From the IMG/VR virus record IMGVR_UViG_3300045988_150172: 64,000 nt of DNA; one strand, given 5' to 3'. The notes beneath the pieces were generated by a model, which searched no databases, was not told the origin of the DNA, and saw only the letters and a list, made by a program, of their open reading frames with translations. The DNA is from a virus. Below are positions 25,592 through 35,248 of this stretch, piece after piece (position 1 is the first letter of the stretch; each line of letters opens with the position of its first letter). A program made the position numbers and the translations under genes.

Positions 25592-26055
25592 ATATATACA
25601 CTGATGGGAGCTGTAATGCACGAACTAGGGTTGGCGGATATGGTGTATATGCTAGGGATGGTGAGAATGAGGTGGTGATACACCAAGGCTACACCAGCAC
25701 AACAACAGCTAGGATGGAAATGAGAGCTGTGCTTCATGCAATACGCTTGGTATCCAATGAACCTCTGGACGTCTATATTCATTCTGATTCTCAATTCGTA
25801 GTAAATGCGTTTAAGGAGGGGTGGCTATCCAGATGGCGGCTGTCTAATTTTGTTGGAGTGATGAACGCCCCCATCTGGAAAGTTATTGTGCTTGAATTGG
25901 CAAAACGACCACAGGTTCATTTTCACATTAGATGGCTTCATGGACACCAGAAGGATATTCTGGATGAAGCAGTCTTTGGAAATACGGTGGCTGATGCACT
26001 GGCTGACTATAAGAATCAGGAATCATATATAAAAGATAAAGACGATAATCTATGA
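25579..26055 (+). CDS. rnhA: ribonuclease HI
   Basis: IYTDGSC, GGYGV, ARMEMRAVLHAI, IHSDSQFVV and GNTVADALA. Confidence 0.9.
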   Translation: MRRIDIYTDGSCNARTRVGGYGVYARDGENEVVIHQGYTSTTTARMEMRAVLHAIRLVSNEPLDVYIHSDSQFVVNAFKEGWLSRWRLSNFVGVMNAPIWKVIVLELAKRPQVHFHIRWLHGHQKDILDEAVFGNTVADALADYKNQESYIKDKDDNL

Positions 26056-27506
26056 CACCGGACAAGTACCAGCAGGCAGTAATTGATGAGTATAGGAATA
26101 CGAATCATAATATCTTTATAAGCGCAACAGCAGGATCTGGAAAGACAACCTGTCTATTGGAACTTGCGAAGCGTACACCTCCAATAAAGTCTTCAATCTT
26201 TCTTGCATTCAATAAGTCCATAGCAGAGGAGCTTGGTAGGAAGCTTCCTCCTACTGTTAAGGCTATGACTCTTCATGGGTGTGCTCTTGCAGCATTAAGA
26301 AAGGCATTTTCCTTGAAATTTACAATTAAGGAAAATAAATACTTTAGTCTTGCAAGTGAAATTCTAGAAGCACATAAGATACATTTTAAGAAGATTCCTG
26401 GGCTTGCCATGCGTATGTGCAGGATGCATGACTTGATGCGATATAATCTTGTCAGCGGTGGTGTGAATGATGTCTGTGTTTTAGCTGAACGATATGGGGA
26501 GGACTGTGATGAAAAACTGGCTGGATATACCTGTGAACTATATACAGCAGCAGTGCGGAATGCTGACATGTTCTTTGCAGGTGGCGGTCAGGGGACTGTT
26601 CCTATGGATTTTACTGATATGCTTGTCTGGGCTGTAAAGTATGTTCCAAAGTCAGAGTTTAAGCAGTATAATGTCGTAATGTGTGATGAAAGTCAGGACA
26701 TCAGTCCCTTGCAATATGAACTGATAAAAAGGTTAAAGACCCCGAAAGGACGTCTTGTGGCTGTGGGTGACCCTAAACAGTCTATCTATTCATTTCAGGG
26801 ATCCAACTTGGATTCCCTCCATGCGATACAGAATTCATCAAATACTGTGACACTTCCACTGTCCATTACGTATAGGTGCGGTAAGGCTATTGTGAAGGAA
26901 GCCCAGACAGTATTTCCAGAGGGTATAGAAGCGGCTCCGACGGCTGTTGAGGGTACGGTCAGGAGGGGGCGACTTAATGAAGCCGTTGAGGGTGACTTCA
27001 TTCTATGTCGTAATAATGCACCATTGATAGACGCGTGGCTAAAGCTTGTTAAGATGGGTCGTAGGTGTGTGATACTTGGTAAGGACTTTGGAGATTCTCT
27101 TATGGAATTGCTGGATGATGCAGAATGCGTGGAGGATCTTGAAAAGCCGCTTGTGGATCTTCTGGAGCGACTGTATCGCAAGGGCATTGAAAGACCTGAA
27201 AGAACAGAGGCATACGCCAATCTGGATGAAAAAGTGGGCATTTTATTAAACCTGTTCGACTTTTTTGGAAGCCTTGATGCTGTTCGGGATAGAATTTTTG
27301 ATATTTTCGTGGAAAATGTTGATGAGAAACATGTTATTTTATCAACAATTCATAAGTCTAAGGGGTTGGAAGCTGATAGAGTGTTTTTCCTTGCACCTGA
27401 GTTGATTCCAAGCAAGTTTGCAACTACGGAACTGGCTATGTATGCGGAAAAATGTCTCATGTTTGTGGCTATTACTAGAGCTAAAAAAGAACTGATTTAT
27501 ATATAA
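26052..27506 (+). CDS. UvrD/PcrA-like SF1 helicase (copy 1)
   Basis: ATAGSGKTT, CDESQD, VGDPKQSIYSFQG, TYRCG, TIHKSKGLEADRVF and VAITRAKKEL. Confidence 0.85.
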   Translation: MTPDKYQQAVIDEYRNTNHNIFISATAGSGKTTCLLELAKRTPPIKSSIFLAFNKSIAEELGRKLPPTVKAMTLHGCALAALRKAFSLKFTIKENKYFSLASEILEAHKIHFKKIPGLAMRMCRMHDLMRYNLVSGGVNDVCVLAERYGEDCDEKLAGYTCELYTAAVRNADMFFAGGGQGTVPMDFTDMLVWAVKYVPKSEFKQYNVVMCDESQDISPLQYELIKRLKTPKGRLVAVGDPKQSIYSFQGSNLDSLHAIQNSSNTVTLPLSITYRCGKAIVKEAQTVFPEGIEAAPTAVEGTVRRGRLNEAVEGDFILCRNNAPLIDAWLKLVKMGRRCVILGKDFGDSLMELLDDAECVEDLEKPLVDLLERLYRKGIERPERTEAYANLDEKVGILLNLFDFFGSLDAVRDRIFDIFVENVDEKHVILSTIHKSKGLEADRVFFLAPELIPSKFATTELAMYAEKCLMFVAITRAKKELIYI

Positions 27507-27508
27507 TT

Positions 27509-27916
27509 ATGGGAAAAGAAAAAGAATTTAAGATTTACATTACAGTGCCACGAGGTCAGGATCGTGTGCTGCTTAACTGTAATACGATGAAGTCCATGGC
27601 TGGACTAACTCCAACAAAAGAGATTCTGATTACACATCTTCAAGCAGAGCGAGTTCGGATGGAAATCTGGAAAAGAGACCACCCTGAATGGGATAAGTTA
27701 TCAGTCAATCAAAAACTGGCTTCAGCGGAGCAGCCGTATAAACCTCAACCTCTATACATAGAGACACAGCCTGATAAGTTTAAGGATATTGTTGACGAAG
27801 TCAGAAGTAAGGTGGTTGGGTGCGGTGATCTATCCCATATTGCATTAACGACTGGGTCAGCGTATCTACCATGCTGTATAATCAGTGAATTACACATAGA
27901 GGACTATAAGAAATAA
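27509..27916 (+). CDS. hypothetical protein
   Basis: ORF track. Not GroES-like by eye. Confidence 0.6.
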   Translation: MGKEKEFKIYITVPRGQDRVLLNCNTMKSMAGLTPTKEILITHLQAERVRMEIWKRDHPEWDKLSVNQKLASAEQPYKPQPLYIETQPDKFKDIVDEVRSKVVGCGDLSHIALTTGSAYLPCCIISELHIEDYKK

Positions 27917-27921
27917 TTTTT

Positions 27922-29550
27922 ATGAATACAAAGATTTTGTTTGGAAAGGACGCTAGAGGTGCACTTCTAGCTGGAGCTGAAGAACTTTATTCAGCAGTAG
28001 CATCCACCCTCGGACCGCGAGGTCATACGGTTGCGATTGACAAGGGGTATGGAATTCCACACATCACGAAGGACGGTGTGACGGTTGCTCGTGCCTATGA
28101 CACTGATGATCCTATGAAACGAATGGGCGCGACACTTGTGAAGATGGTGGCTGCGAAGACATGTGATCAAGCAGGTGATGGAACAACTACGGCTACGATT
28201 CTGTCCTATGCTATGATGAAGCGTGGTGTGTCTGGATCTGTAAATATTCAAAACCCACACGAATATCGTAGGGGCATGGAGGATGCTAGGGATGAAGCCA
28301 TCAACTATATCAAGGGGTGTGCTGTAAAGATTGCCCCTGATGAGATTGATAGAATTAGACAGGTGGCTAGGATATCTGCCAATGGGGATGATATGGTTGC
28401 AGACCTCATAACGTCAGCAATTGACAGTGTTGGCAATGACGGTATCATTACCGTGGAGGAAAGTCCTAAAGGTGATGAATCTACCGTTGAAGTTACAACT
28501 GGCTTCCAATGGAGTAAGGGGATTATAAATCCATATTTTGTTACCGACAGTGAGCGAATGGAGTGTGTTCTGGATAAGCCGTATGTTCTTATCTGGGGTC
28601 AGAACATCAATTATGTTCAGGAGATTCTTGCTGTGGTGCAGACTGTATATACAGCCAAGAGATCCCTTTTGATTGTGGCTCCAAATGCCTCCAATGACGT
28701 GATAAAGTTTCTCGTCACAAACGTTCAGCAAAACAACGGTCTAAAGGCATGTTTTGTAAAGGCTCCAGGATTCGGTCAGATGCAGAAGGACTTGATGCAG
28801 GACTTGGCTGTAAAGGTGGGCGGCAAAATTGTTGGTGAGGAATACGGTAACGCCATTGAGTCATTTGGAACTGACTGGCTTGGTGAAGTGGACAAGGCCA
28901 CAATTTCAGCAAACAGAACAGTTCTTGTCGGTGGTGCTGGTAGGACAGGTGATATAGAAGCAAGAATAGAATTCATTAAGAATGAAATGGCTGAAAATTT
29001 CAACACCTATGACAGAGAGAAGTATAGAGAGCGTATTAGCCGTCTTACAGGTGGTGCTGCCGTCATCTATGTTGGGGCTGATTCTGAAGTTGAGTTGAAG
29101 GAGCGCAAGGATAGAGTTGATGATGCTATTGCAGCCACTAGAGCAGCACTTGATGAGGGGTATGTTCCTGGAGGGGGAACGATTCAATACAAGTTGGCAA
29201 AGTTTTTGGACGGATCCCTGAAGAGCAACCCTAGCTGGAACCCTGACTATGTGGAGGGCTACCGTGCTGTAATTGATGCCCTGATGGAACATTTTAACAC
29301 ATTGTGCTTGAATGCAGGTGTTGAACCGATAAGAATTGAGGTGTTAATGGATTTAAGATCCAAGGAGTTACAGTATGGATATAATCCATTTAAGAATAAG
29401 GTTGAGGACATGTATAAGGCTGGTATCATAGACCCTGCAAAGGTAACAAGAGCATCTCTTGAAAATGCTGTTTCCGTGGCCGTTCAATTTCTTGGCATGT
29501 CGTGTGCCATGTCAGCGGATGAAAGTACAATAACCAACAATAAACCATAA
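27922..29550 (+). CDS. groEL: GroEL-type chaperonin (Cpn60)
   Basis: LGPRGHTVAIDKGYGIPHITKDGVTVAR, AGDGTTTATIL, TVEES, GGAAVIYVGA and VPGGG. Confidence 0.9.
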   Translation: MNTKILFGKDARGALLAGAEELYSAVASTLGPRGHTVAIDKGYGIPHITKDGVTVARAYDTDDPMKRMGATLVKMVAAKTCDQAGDGTTTATILSYAMMKRGVSGSVNIQNPHEYRRGMEDARDEAINYIKGCAVKIAPDEIDRIRQVARISANGDDMVADLITSAIDSVGNDGIITVEESPKGDESTVEVTTGFQWSKGIINPYFVTDSERMECVLDKPYVLIWGQNINYVQEILAVVQTVYTAKRSLLIVAPNASNDVIKFLVTNVQQNNGLKACFVKAPGFGQMQKDLMQDLAVKVGGKIVGEEYGNAIESFGTDWLGEVDKATISANRTVLVGGAGRTGDIEARIEFIKNEMAENFNTYDREKYRERISRLTGGAAVIYVGADSEVELKERKDRVDDAIAATRAALDEGYVPGGGTIQYKLAKFLDGSLKSNPSWNPDYVEGYRAVIDALMEHFNTLCLNAGVEPIRIEVLMDLRSKELQYGYNPFKNKVEDMYKAGIIDPAKVTRASLENAVSVAVQFLGMSCAMSADESTITNNKP

Positions 29551-29551
29551 T

Positions 29552-29773
29552 ATGAGTAGAAAAGTTATAGGCAAGGGTGATATTGTTCGGATACGACACA
29601 ATACATCTGACCACCAGTTCAAGGAGAATGAGCTGGTTGTTGTTAAGGAGACATATCCTTTGCATGAGGAGGAGCCCGAATATCTAAAATGTGCAAATAG
29701 AGAGACACACTGGATGGTCAATATGTCAGATGTAACACTATTTGAACGCAACCCCCACCCTGATGACGAATAA
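29552..29773 (+). CDS. hypothetical protein
   Basis: ORF track. Starts 1 nt after the groEL stop. Confidence 0.5.
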   Translation: MSRKVIGKGDIVRIRHNTSDHQFKENELVVVKETYPLHEEEPEYLKCANRETHWMVNMSDVTLFERNPHPDDE

Positions 29774-29801
29774 GTTTAACAAGTTAAATGAAAAAATAAT
29801 T

Positions 29802-30263
29802 ATGTATTACGAAGTAAAAGTTAAGAGAACCTGTATTGCTGAGGAGAATAACGCCTATGGTACAATTAAGGAGTCCTATCTGGTGGACGCTGTCAATTAT
29901 ACCGACGTGGAAGCAAGCGTTGCTCGCTATATGAATAGTGAACATTCTGGAGATGACTATAACATTCAGAAAATTTCAAAGAGCAAGGTTGATGATCTTA
30001 TTATAAAAGTCTTGGTTGACGGTGAGGAAAAACTTGAGACCTATTATAAGGTTCGATGTGCTTATATGGAGAGTGTTAATGGTCACATGAAGAAGCGTAA
30101 ACTTATAGCTCTCGTGAATGCTGGTGGTGTGGAGGAAGCATCCTCTATGGCTTTGACAAATTATGATCCAGAGGACATCCTGCATTATGAAGTTGTGAAA
30201 GTTGAGAAGACTTCCATTGTTGGCGTTATTAATAATGCATGTGATGAAGAACGTGAGTCATAG
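29802..30263 (+). CDS. hypothetical protein (DUF4494-like by recollection)
   Basis: MYYEVKVKRT...KESYLVDAVNYTDVEASV resembles a Bacteroidota-specific family from memory. The start is moved to the first ATG, at 29802. Confidence 0.4.
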   Translation: MYYEVKVKRTCIAEENNAYGTIKESYLVDAVNYTDVEASVARYMNSEHSGDDYNIQKISKSKVDDLIIKVLVDGEEKLETYYKVRCAYMESVNGHMKKRKLIALVNAGGVEEASSMALTNYDPEDILHYEVVKVEKTSIVGVINNACDEERES

Positions 30264-30276
30264 TTTTGTGTGTGAA

Positions 30277-30320
30277 TCACCCCTATTGTGCAGGAGGCTG
30301 TCAATGGGGGTGTTAATTCT
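30277..30320 (+). terminator. hairpin terminator
   Basis: CACCCCTATTG pairs with CAATGGGGGTG (11 bp including one G-T pair), followed by a T-rich tail. Confidence 0.55.
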
Positions 30321-30328
30321 TTCTTATT

Positions 30329-31771
30329 ATGTCTGATAAAAAGGCTACACCAAAGAGAATTATAACGGAACAGGATGTGGAACGTATTATGCGTACAGCT
30401 CCTGACTGGATTCTGGATGCGGCTGATGACATACAGGATTTATGGGTATCATCAGAATGGGCGAAGGAGGAACGTGATCTATCTCCAAGGCGATACTTTG
30501 ACATTACTTTGAATGCTGGCACAGCAAAGGAGAAGGAGCTTCACATTGACTTTCAGCAGACTGTAAATCCATCGGCAGTCATCAAGTCGGCAGGAGGATC
30601 TCTGGAGGACATGCAGAAAGCCAATGGTGCTCGCCTAGGGTATCTGGCTCTTGACCGTGCCTATAACAATGCAGTCCTTGCATTGAATACGGCAATGGGC
30701 ATTCGAAGTCGGAAGCCGCGAAATATCGTGGACTACACTGGAACGATAATGGAGCTGTTCGGCAAGTTCTACACTGTGGCTGACGTACACAATGTTCTGA
30801 GCAAGGAATATCGTATAAAGGTTCCAGAGGATGAGCTTCGTAAGTTCTATGTTGAGCATCGTGACCTGATAACCAAGCGAAGAGCGGAATATGTTCTTAA
30901 CAGCAAGGAATTTCGCATCGCAACTGAGACTGGACGGCTGGAGATTCTGAACAGGCTTCTTGTGGAGTTTGAAATAAAGAACAAGAATGCTGGCGGCAGC
31001 AATCTGGAAATATCAAATATGATACTAAAGATTGTCGAACAGGCTCGAAAGGAGGTCAAGGGAAACGAACTGAAGATGACCGTTGACGGTCGCATAGATG
31101 TTTCCGCTACCGTTCATGCTGAATCCAACGTGGTGGATGTGATGAAGCACCTGTCCATCAATGCTCTAGTCATCGGTCTAACAGCAGCAAAGGCAGGACT
31201 GAATCCAGCAGTGCTGATAGGACAGCTGGCGAACAGCTGGTATAGTCAATTTAATGGCTTTAACGGTAACATTATGGAGGGTAAGGAAGTTCGACTTCCT
31301 TCCGCACTGATACGATCCTACGACTGGGGTAAGATTGAAGATGGAAGTAAGGCATTTGTCGGTGAATTCACCCCTATATCGGAAGTTGTGGATGAACAGG
31401 ACACCATCGCTCGGGAACAGGGTGAAAGTCGCCGTGAGGAGCTTATAAATCGCCTTAGAAACATAAAGAATGCAAAGAACAGAGAACAGGAAAGAGCCAA
31501 CCCCTACACCACGGACGGACTGTCAGAGGAGACCTCTGGAGGTCTGGTGGCAGCTCCTGTCACGGCAGGAGAAGGAGCAGCGGAGCCAAAGCACGAATTT
31601 GAAGTGGATTACGCGTTGAACAATAACCAAAAGCAGAAGCATAATATTCGTATTCGCGGTAAGATTCATGAATCAATTAAGAGACATGCAGCACAGAGGG
31701 AAGAAGAATCTGTAAAAAGAAGAAGTCGTGCATTAAGGAAGAAGGATGCACAGAAGCCTACTAACGAATAG
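30329..31771 (+). CDS. hypothetical protein with basic C-terminus
   Basis: ORF track, 480 aa. No motif recognised. Confidence 0.7.
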   Translation: MSDKKATPKRIITEQDVERIMRTAPDWILDAADDIQDLWVSSEWAKEERDLSPRRYFDITLNAGTAKEKELHIDFQQTVNPSAVIKSAGGSLEDMQKANGARLGYLALDRAYNNAVLALNTAMGIRSRKPRNIVDYTGTIMELFGKFYTVADVHNVLSKEYRIKVPEDELRKFYVEHRDLITKRRAEYVLNSKEFRIATETGRLEILNRLLVEFEIKNKNAGGSNLEISNMILKIVEQARKEVKGNELKMTVDGRIDVSATVHAESNVVDVMKHLSINALVIGLTAAKAGLNPAVLIGQLANSWYSQFNGFNGNIMEGKEVRLPSALIRSYDWGKIEDGSKAFVGEFTPISEVVDEQDTIAREQGESRREELINRLRNIKNAKNREQERANPYTTDGLSEETSGGLVAAPVTAGEGAAEPKHEFEVDYALNNNQKQKHNIRIRGKIHESIKRHAAQREEESVKRRSRALRKKDAQKPTNE

Positions 31772-31808
31772 AAATATTATATTTGTGCGGTTAAATAGTA
31801 ATAATATC

Positions 31809-32195
31809 ATGAAGATTGTCTATAATAAGTTTATCCCCTTTGAGGGGTATCTTGCAATTAATCTGTTTGGTATCCTGTTTGTGCGTGGAACACGAGAAGC
31901 CACCCAGCATAGAATTAACAACAGACTATTGACACATGAGAGGATTCATACGGCACAGATGAAGGAACTAGCATATATCTTCTTCTATCTGTGGTATTTC
32001 GTGGAATACTGTATTGTTAGACTGTTTCACAGGAAGCAGGGGTGTGCCTATCATGACGTTTCGTTTGAGGAGGAAGCCTATCTGCATGAAAATGACTTCA
32101 ACTATCTGGAGAACAGGAGGCATTATGCGTGGACAAAGTTTCTCAAGGCTAGAAGCAATCATACCCATACTGGTCGGGGTTATTGTCAAAAATAG
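31809..32195 (+). CDS. small HExxH-motif membrane protein
   Basis: THERIHTAQ (HExxH) plus hydrophobic segments. The start is moved to the ATG at 31809. Confidence 0.4.
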   Translation: MKIVYNKFIPFEGYLAINLFGILFVRGTREATQHRINNRLLTHERIHTAQMKELAYIFFYLWYFVEYCIVRLFHRKQGCAYHDVSFEEEAYLHENDFNYLENRRHYAWTKFLKARSNHTHTGRGYCQK

Positions 32196-32228
32196 GCTGG
32201 TAAATGTTTTATTAAAAAATTTAATGTT

Positions 32229-32900
32229 ATGGCAAAACCGGATTGGGTAACCGTTAGTCCTTCATCAGGTGTGGGTGCAGGAAGTTTTAACGTTACTTTC
32301 GCACAGAATACATCCACTTCTGCAAGAAGTGGGATAATAACTGTTAAGACTATTAGCGGATTAACACATGATATACAGGTAACTCAAGCAGGAAAGCCTG
32401 CAAATTCTTTGCAGGCTTCAGGAGTTTTCTGTGGTATTGGAATAATAAAGACCTACGTTCCTAGTGGAATATCGCAGATAACTTTTTGTGTTTCGTTATG
32501 GTGTTCAAATGGTGCAAAGATTCCTGCTGGACATATGACATTAACCAAGGGAAGTCAAACTTTTATGACTGGAGAATTATCCTTTGACTCTTCAAAAGTA
32601 GCATTTGATAACGGTGTGACCGTCAACAGGGTGGTTATAACATGTAATCCAGGTTCTGAGCCATGGGCTACCCCTTTCAAGAAGTGTATTGGGTCATTGG
32701 ATTACGACCCAGGAGATATGGCATTTGGAGCAGAAGGATCTTCCACTACCTATCCAGCTACTTTTGTTCAATTTTCTAATGCTGAATTTGGATTTAATAT
32801 TCCAACACCAGTTCCTATATCAGGAGAGACTACTTTTGTGTATAAGGGAAGATATGTGGATGATTTTCCAGTTATTAACATTACCACAAAGTTAAGCTAA
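32229..32900 (+). CDS. BACON-domain protein, paralog 1
   Basis: N-terminus MAKPDWVTVSPSSGVGAGSFNVTFAQNTSTSARSGIITV..IQVTQAG fits the BACON pattern. Unique ~165-aa C-terminal part. Confidence 0.7.
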   Translation: MAKPDWVTVSPSSGVGAGSFNVTFAQNTSTSARSGIITVKTISGLTHDIQVTQAGKPANSLQASGVFCGIGIIKTYVPSGISQITFCVSLWCSNGAKIPAGHMTLTKGSQTFMTGELSFDSSKVAFDNGVTVNRVVITCNPGSEPWATPFKKCIGSLDYDPGDMAFGAEGSSTTYPATFVQFSNAEFGFNIPTPVPISGETTFVYKGRYVDDFPVINITTKLS

Positions 32901-32919
32901 TTTTTAATATTCTTATATT

Positions 32920-33597
32920 ATGGCAGATTTAACGTGGGCTACATTGGGTAAGTCGTCAGGTATGGGAAATGATACCGTGTCTGTAACAGTTTCGGAGAAC
33001 GATACGATATATAGTAGAGAGGGGTTTATAAAGGCTGAGGCTCAGGATGGGAGTGGTATTGTCAAAAGTATTAAGGTGATACAATACGGAAAGCCTAGCT
33101 TTAAGATTCAATTGTATCTTGTAGGAATTGAAACAGGAGCTTCTGGTGGTCCTATGATCATTAATTCTTATTATTGTGTGTTTACACCATTAATACCTGT
33201 AACAGCCTATGATCATCTGATAGTGGAAGCATCTGTGTGTCAGGGTGACGGCAGTCTCATAAGTTTTCCAGAACAGACTGGAGGTGTGGGTAGTGCTGAC
33301 CCTACTATTTTGAAATTTCCTATATCCTTAAATGTAGGAGACACATCTTCTAAGTGTAGCTATGTATTTTCCCAGCCTATACATCTTCTTGGTGCACATG
33401 GTATGTACTTTAAGGATATAAAGGCTTATTCAGAACCAAATTCAAGATATGTTTTCGGGGATAAGGGTGTATCAACTGTATATGGTGAGATTGAATATCT
33501 TGTAGTAGACGCTTCTTCTATTTCTAAGGAGGCAGATGGTGGTACTTATTCTGTAACCGTGGGCACACAGGATAGCGTGGAATGGACTGTTGAATAA
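32920..33597 (+). CDS. BACON-domain protein, paralog 2
   Basis: MADLTWATLGKSSGMGNDTVSVTVSENDTIYSREGFIKA..IKVIQYG. Confidence 0.7.
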   Translation: MADLTWATLGKSSGMGNDTVSVTVSENDTIYSREGFIKAEAQDGSGIVKSIKVIQYGKPSFKIQLYLVGIETGASGGPMIINSYYCVFTPLIPVTAYDHLIVEASVCQGDGSLISFPEQTGGVGSADPTILKFPISLNVGDTSSKCSYVFSQPIHLLGAHGMYFKDIKAYSEPNSRYVFGDKGVSTVYGEIEYLVVDASSISKEADGGTYSVTVGTQDSVEWTVE

Positions 33598-33620
33598 TAA
33601 CTTATAAAAATTTTAATATT

Positions 33621-34301
33621 ATGGCAAAACCAGATTGGATAACATTAAGTAAGAGTTCAGGTACAGGAAATGATACTGTAACTGTTACGGCAGCAAAGAA
33701 TACCACAGGAGCAGCTCGGAGTGGTTCCATTACAGTAACAGCAGGAGGGGTCGCCAAGACTGTATCCATCACACAGGAAAAGATTGTAAATTCTATTCGA
33801 GGTGGTGCTAGTCAGTTTATGGACATAATTGTTCCGTATGATGTTTTTACTACTATAAGTTTAACACTAACCTTTCAAGCACAGATATTGTTGAGTCGTA
33901 GTTCTACTGTTGTGACATGTGAGCCGTTAAGAATACACGCAGATGAACGCACACAGAAGGATTCATTTGGTGTTCTGGATCTTTATTCTAGTACGTATGA
34001 ACTTGTTGATGAGGATTATGTGACAGGCATTGAGGTTTTTGTCTATGCAGGCGACCAACCTGATGGAACACCTTGTGGTCAAATTAGATGGGAAATTCTT
34101 AATGATTCACCGAATCTTACTTTTAGATGCTATAATGGATTATCAGGACAGACGGCACAGGCAACTCTTGGTTCTAATTATAGAAGATCAATAGCCTTAG
34201 ATTTTCTGTCTAATCAACTACCTGTTTCCGGTGAAACTGTAATTGAGTATAATGGCAATGCTTTAGAGCGTCCTAATATACGGATAATCGCACTCAAATA
34301 G
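33621..34301 (+). CDS. BACON-domain protein, paralog 3
   Basis: MAKPDWITLSKSSGTGNDTVTVTAAKNTTGAARSGSITV..VSITQEK. Confidence 0.7.
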   Translation: MAKPDWITLSKSSGTGNDTVTVTAAKNTTGAARSGSITVTAGGVAKTVSITQEKIVNSIRGGASQFMDIIVPYDVFTTISLTLTFQAQILLSRSSTVVTCEPLRIHADERTQKDSFGVLDLYSSTYELVDEDYVTGIEVFVYAGDQPDGTPCGQIRWEILNDSPNLTFRCYNGLSGQTAQATLGSNYRRSIALDFLSNQLPVSGETVIEYNGNALERPNIRIIALK

Positions 34302-34336
34302 GTAAAGCAGTGTATGTTAAATCATAGTTGAAGGTA

Positions 34337-34780
34337 ATGGAAAATAATTATATACATAGACTTGTTGAGCTGCTTGGGTCACATTATACGGTGATGACCT
34401 ACGCATGGGGCTGTCACTGGAATGTAACTGGCAATGGATTCAAGGCAGCACACGACTTCCTAAAGGAGCTTTATGAAGCAGAACAGGATAGAATTGATTC
34501 CACGGCTGAAAGAATTCGTGCCTTGGGTTCAACATGTCCTGCCACAATGCTTCAGATGGAACAGACGACACTGATAGGTGATGCACCTAATAACAGCGAA
34601 TTTGCCATGGAACATGTGTGGCCAGAACTGTCCATTCTGTGGGCAAGGCTCATTTCAATAGCATGTTCTGTTCATGCCGTGATTCCAGACAGTGACATTG
34701 CCACAAAGTCCTTTCTGGAGAACATGGTTGAATCAATGCAGAAGGAGCTCTGGATGATAGATGCCAATATAGCCAAATAA
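34337..34780 (+). CDS. dps: Dps/ferritin-like protein
   Basis: HWNVTGNGFKAAHDFLKELYEAEQDRIDSTAERIRALG matches the Dps ferroxidase-site region. Confidence 0.8.
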   Translation: MENNYIHRLVELLGSHYTVMTYAWGCHWNVTGNGFKAAHDFLKELYEAEQDRIDSTAERIRALGSTCPATMLQMEQTTLIGDAPNNSEFAMEHVWPELSILWARLISIACSVHAVIPDSDIATKSFLENMVESMQKELWMIDANIAK

Positions 34781-34801
34781 CAGTGTTTGGAATACATAAT
34801 T

Positions 34802-34845
34802 TCAGCGGCTGAATCACTATATATGGTCTGGCCGCTGATTTTATT
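34802..34845 (+). terminator. rho-independent terminator
   Basis: TCAGCGGC-loop-GCCGCTGA followed by TTTTATT. Confidence 0.7.
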
Positions 34846-34863
34846 ATGAAAATTCAAGAATTG

Positions 34864-34912
34864 TTCTTGGATATCTCAGGATAAATGATAAACTTTGCTG
34901 CTGTAATTAAAA
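34864..34912 (+). promoter_or_regulatory. promoter cassette (AACTTTG subclass)
   Basis: TTCTTGGATATCTCAGGA, then AAACTTTG, then GTAATTAAAAA. ATG at 34925. Confidence 0.5.
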
Positions 34913-34924
34913 ACACATTGAATT

Positions 34925-35248
34925 ATGAACTCACTAAAGACACTTTGGACACGTGTAAGGTCACACAGCAGCCACAAGCAGCAGAGTCAGCATCATTGGC
35001 TGGACGGCATGTCCACACGCGACAGGATCAACCTGATGGCTCGGGCACACGCCATCTTCTTTCGTAGTGGAAATCTTATAAACTATGAGGACATTGTAGG
35101 TCGATGGTTTCGTACGGTTGGATTCAAGGTGGTGTCGGGAGAGGCATGGATATCACCGTATTCCGTACAGTCACAGTTTAGGGTTGTTGACCCGAGCTGT
35201 CATCAGAATATAACTGTAACATTTACTTCAAAAAGGGTTTTGCTATGA
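34925..35248 (+). CDS. hypothetical protein upstream of sigma factor
   Basis: ORF track. ATGA overlap with the sigma gene. Confidence 0.55.
   Translation: MNSLKTLWTRVRSHSSHKQQSQHHWLDGMSTRDRINLMARAHAIFFRSGNLINYEDIVGRWFRTVGFKVVSGEAWISPYSVQSQFRVVDPSCHQNITVTFTSKRVLL

Noticed and set aside
27509-27916. The ORF upstream of groEL as GroES.
   Set aside because: At 135 aa it shows no Cpn10-like mobile loop or beta-barrel pattern by eye.
32229-34301. The BACON triplet as a diversity-generating retroelement target.
   Set aside because: There is no reverse transcriptase and no template/variable repeat pair. The C-terminal halves are unrelated rather than point-diversified.
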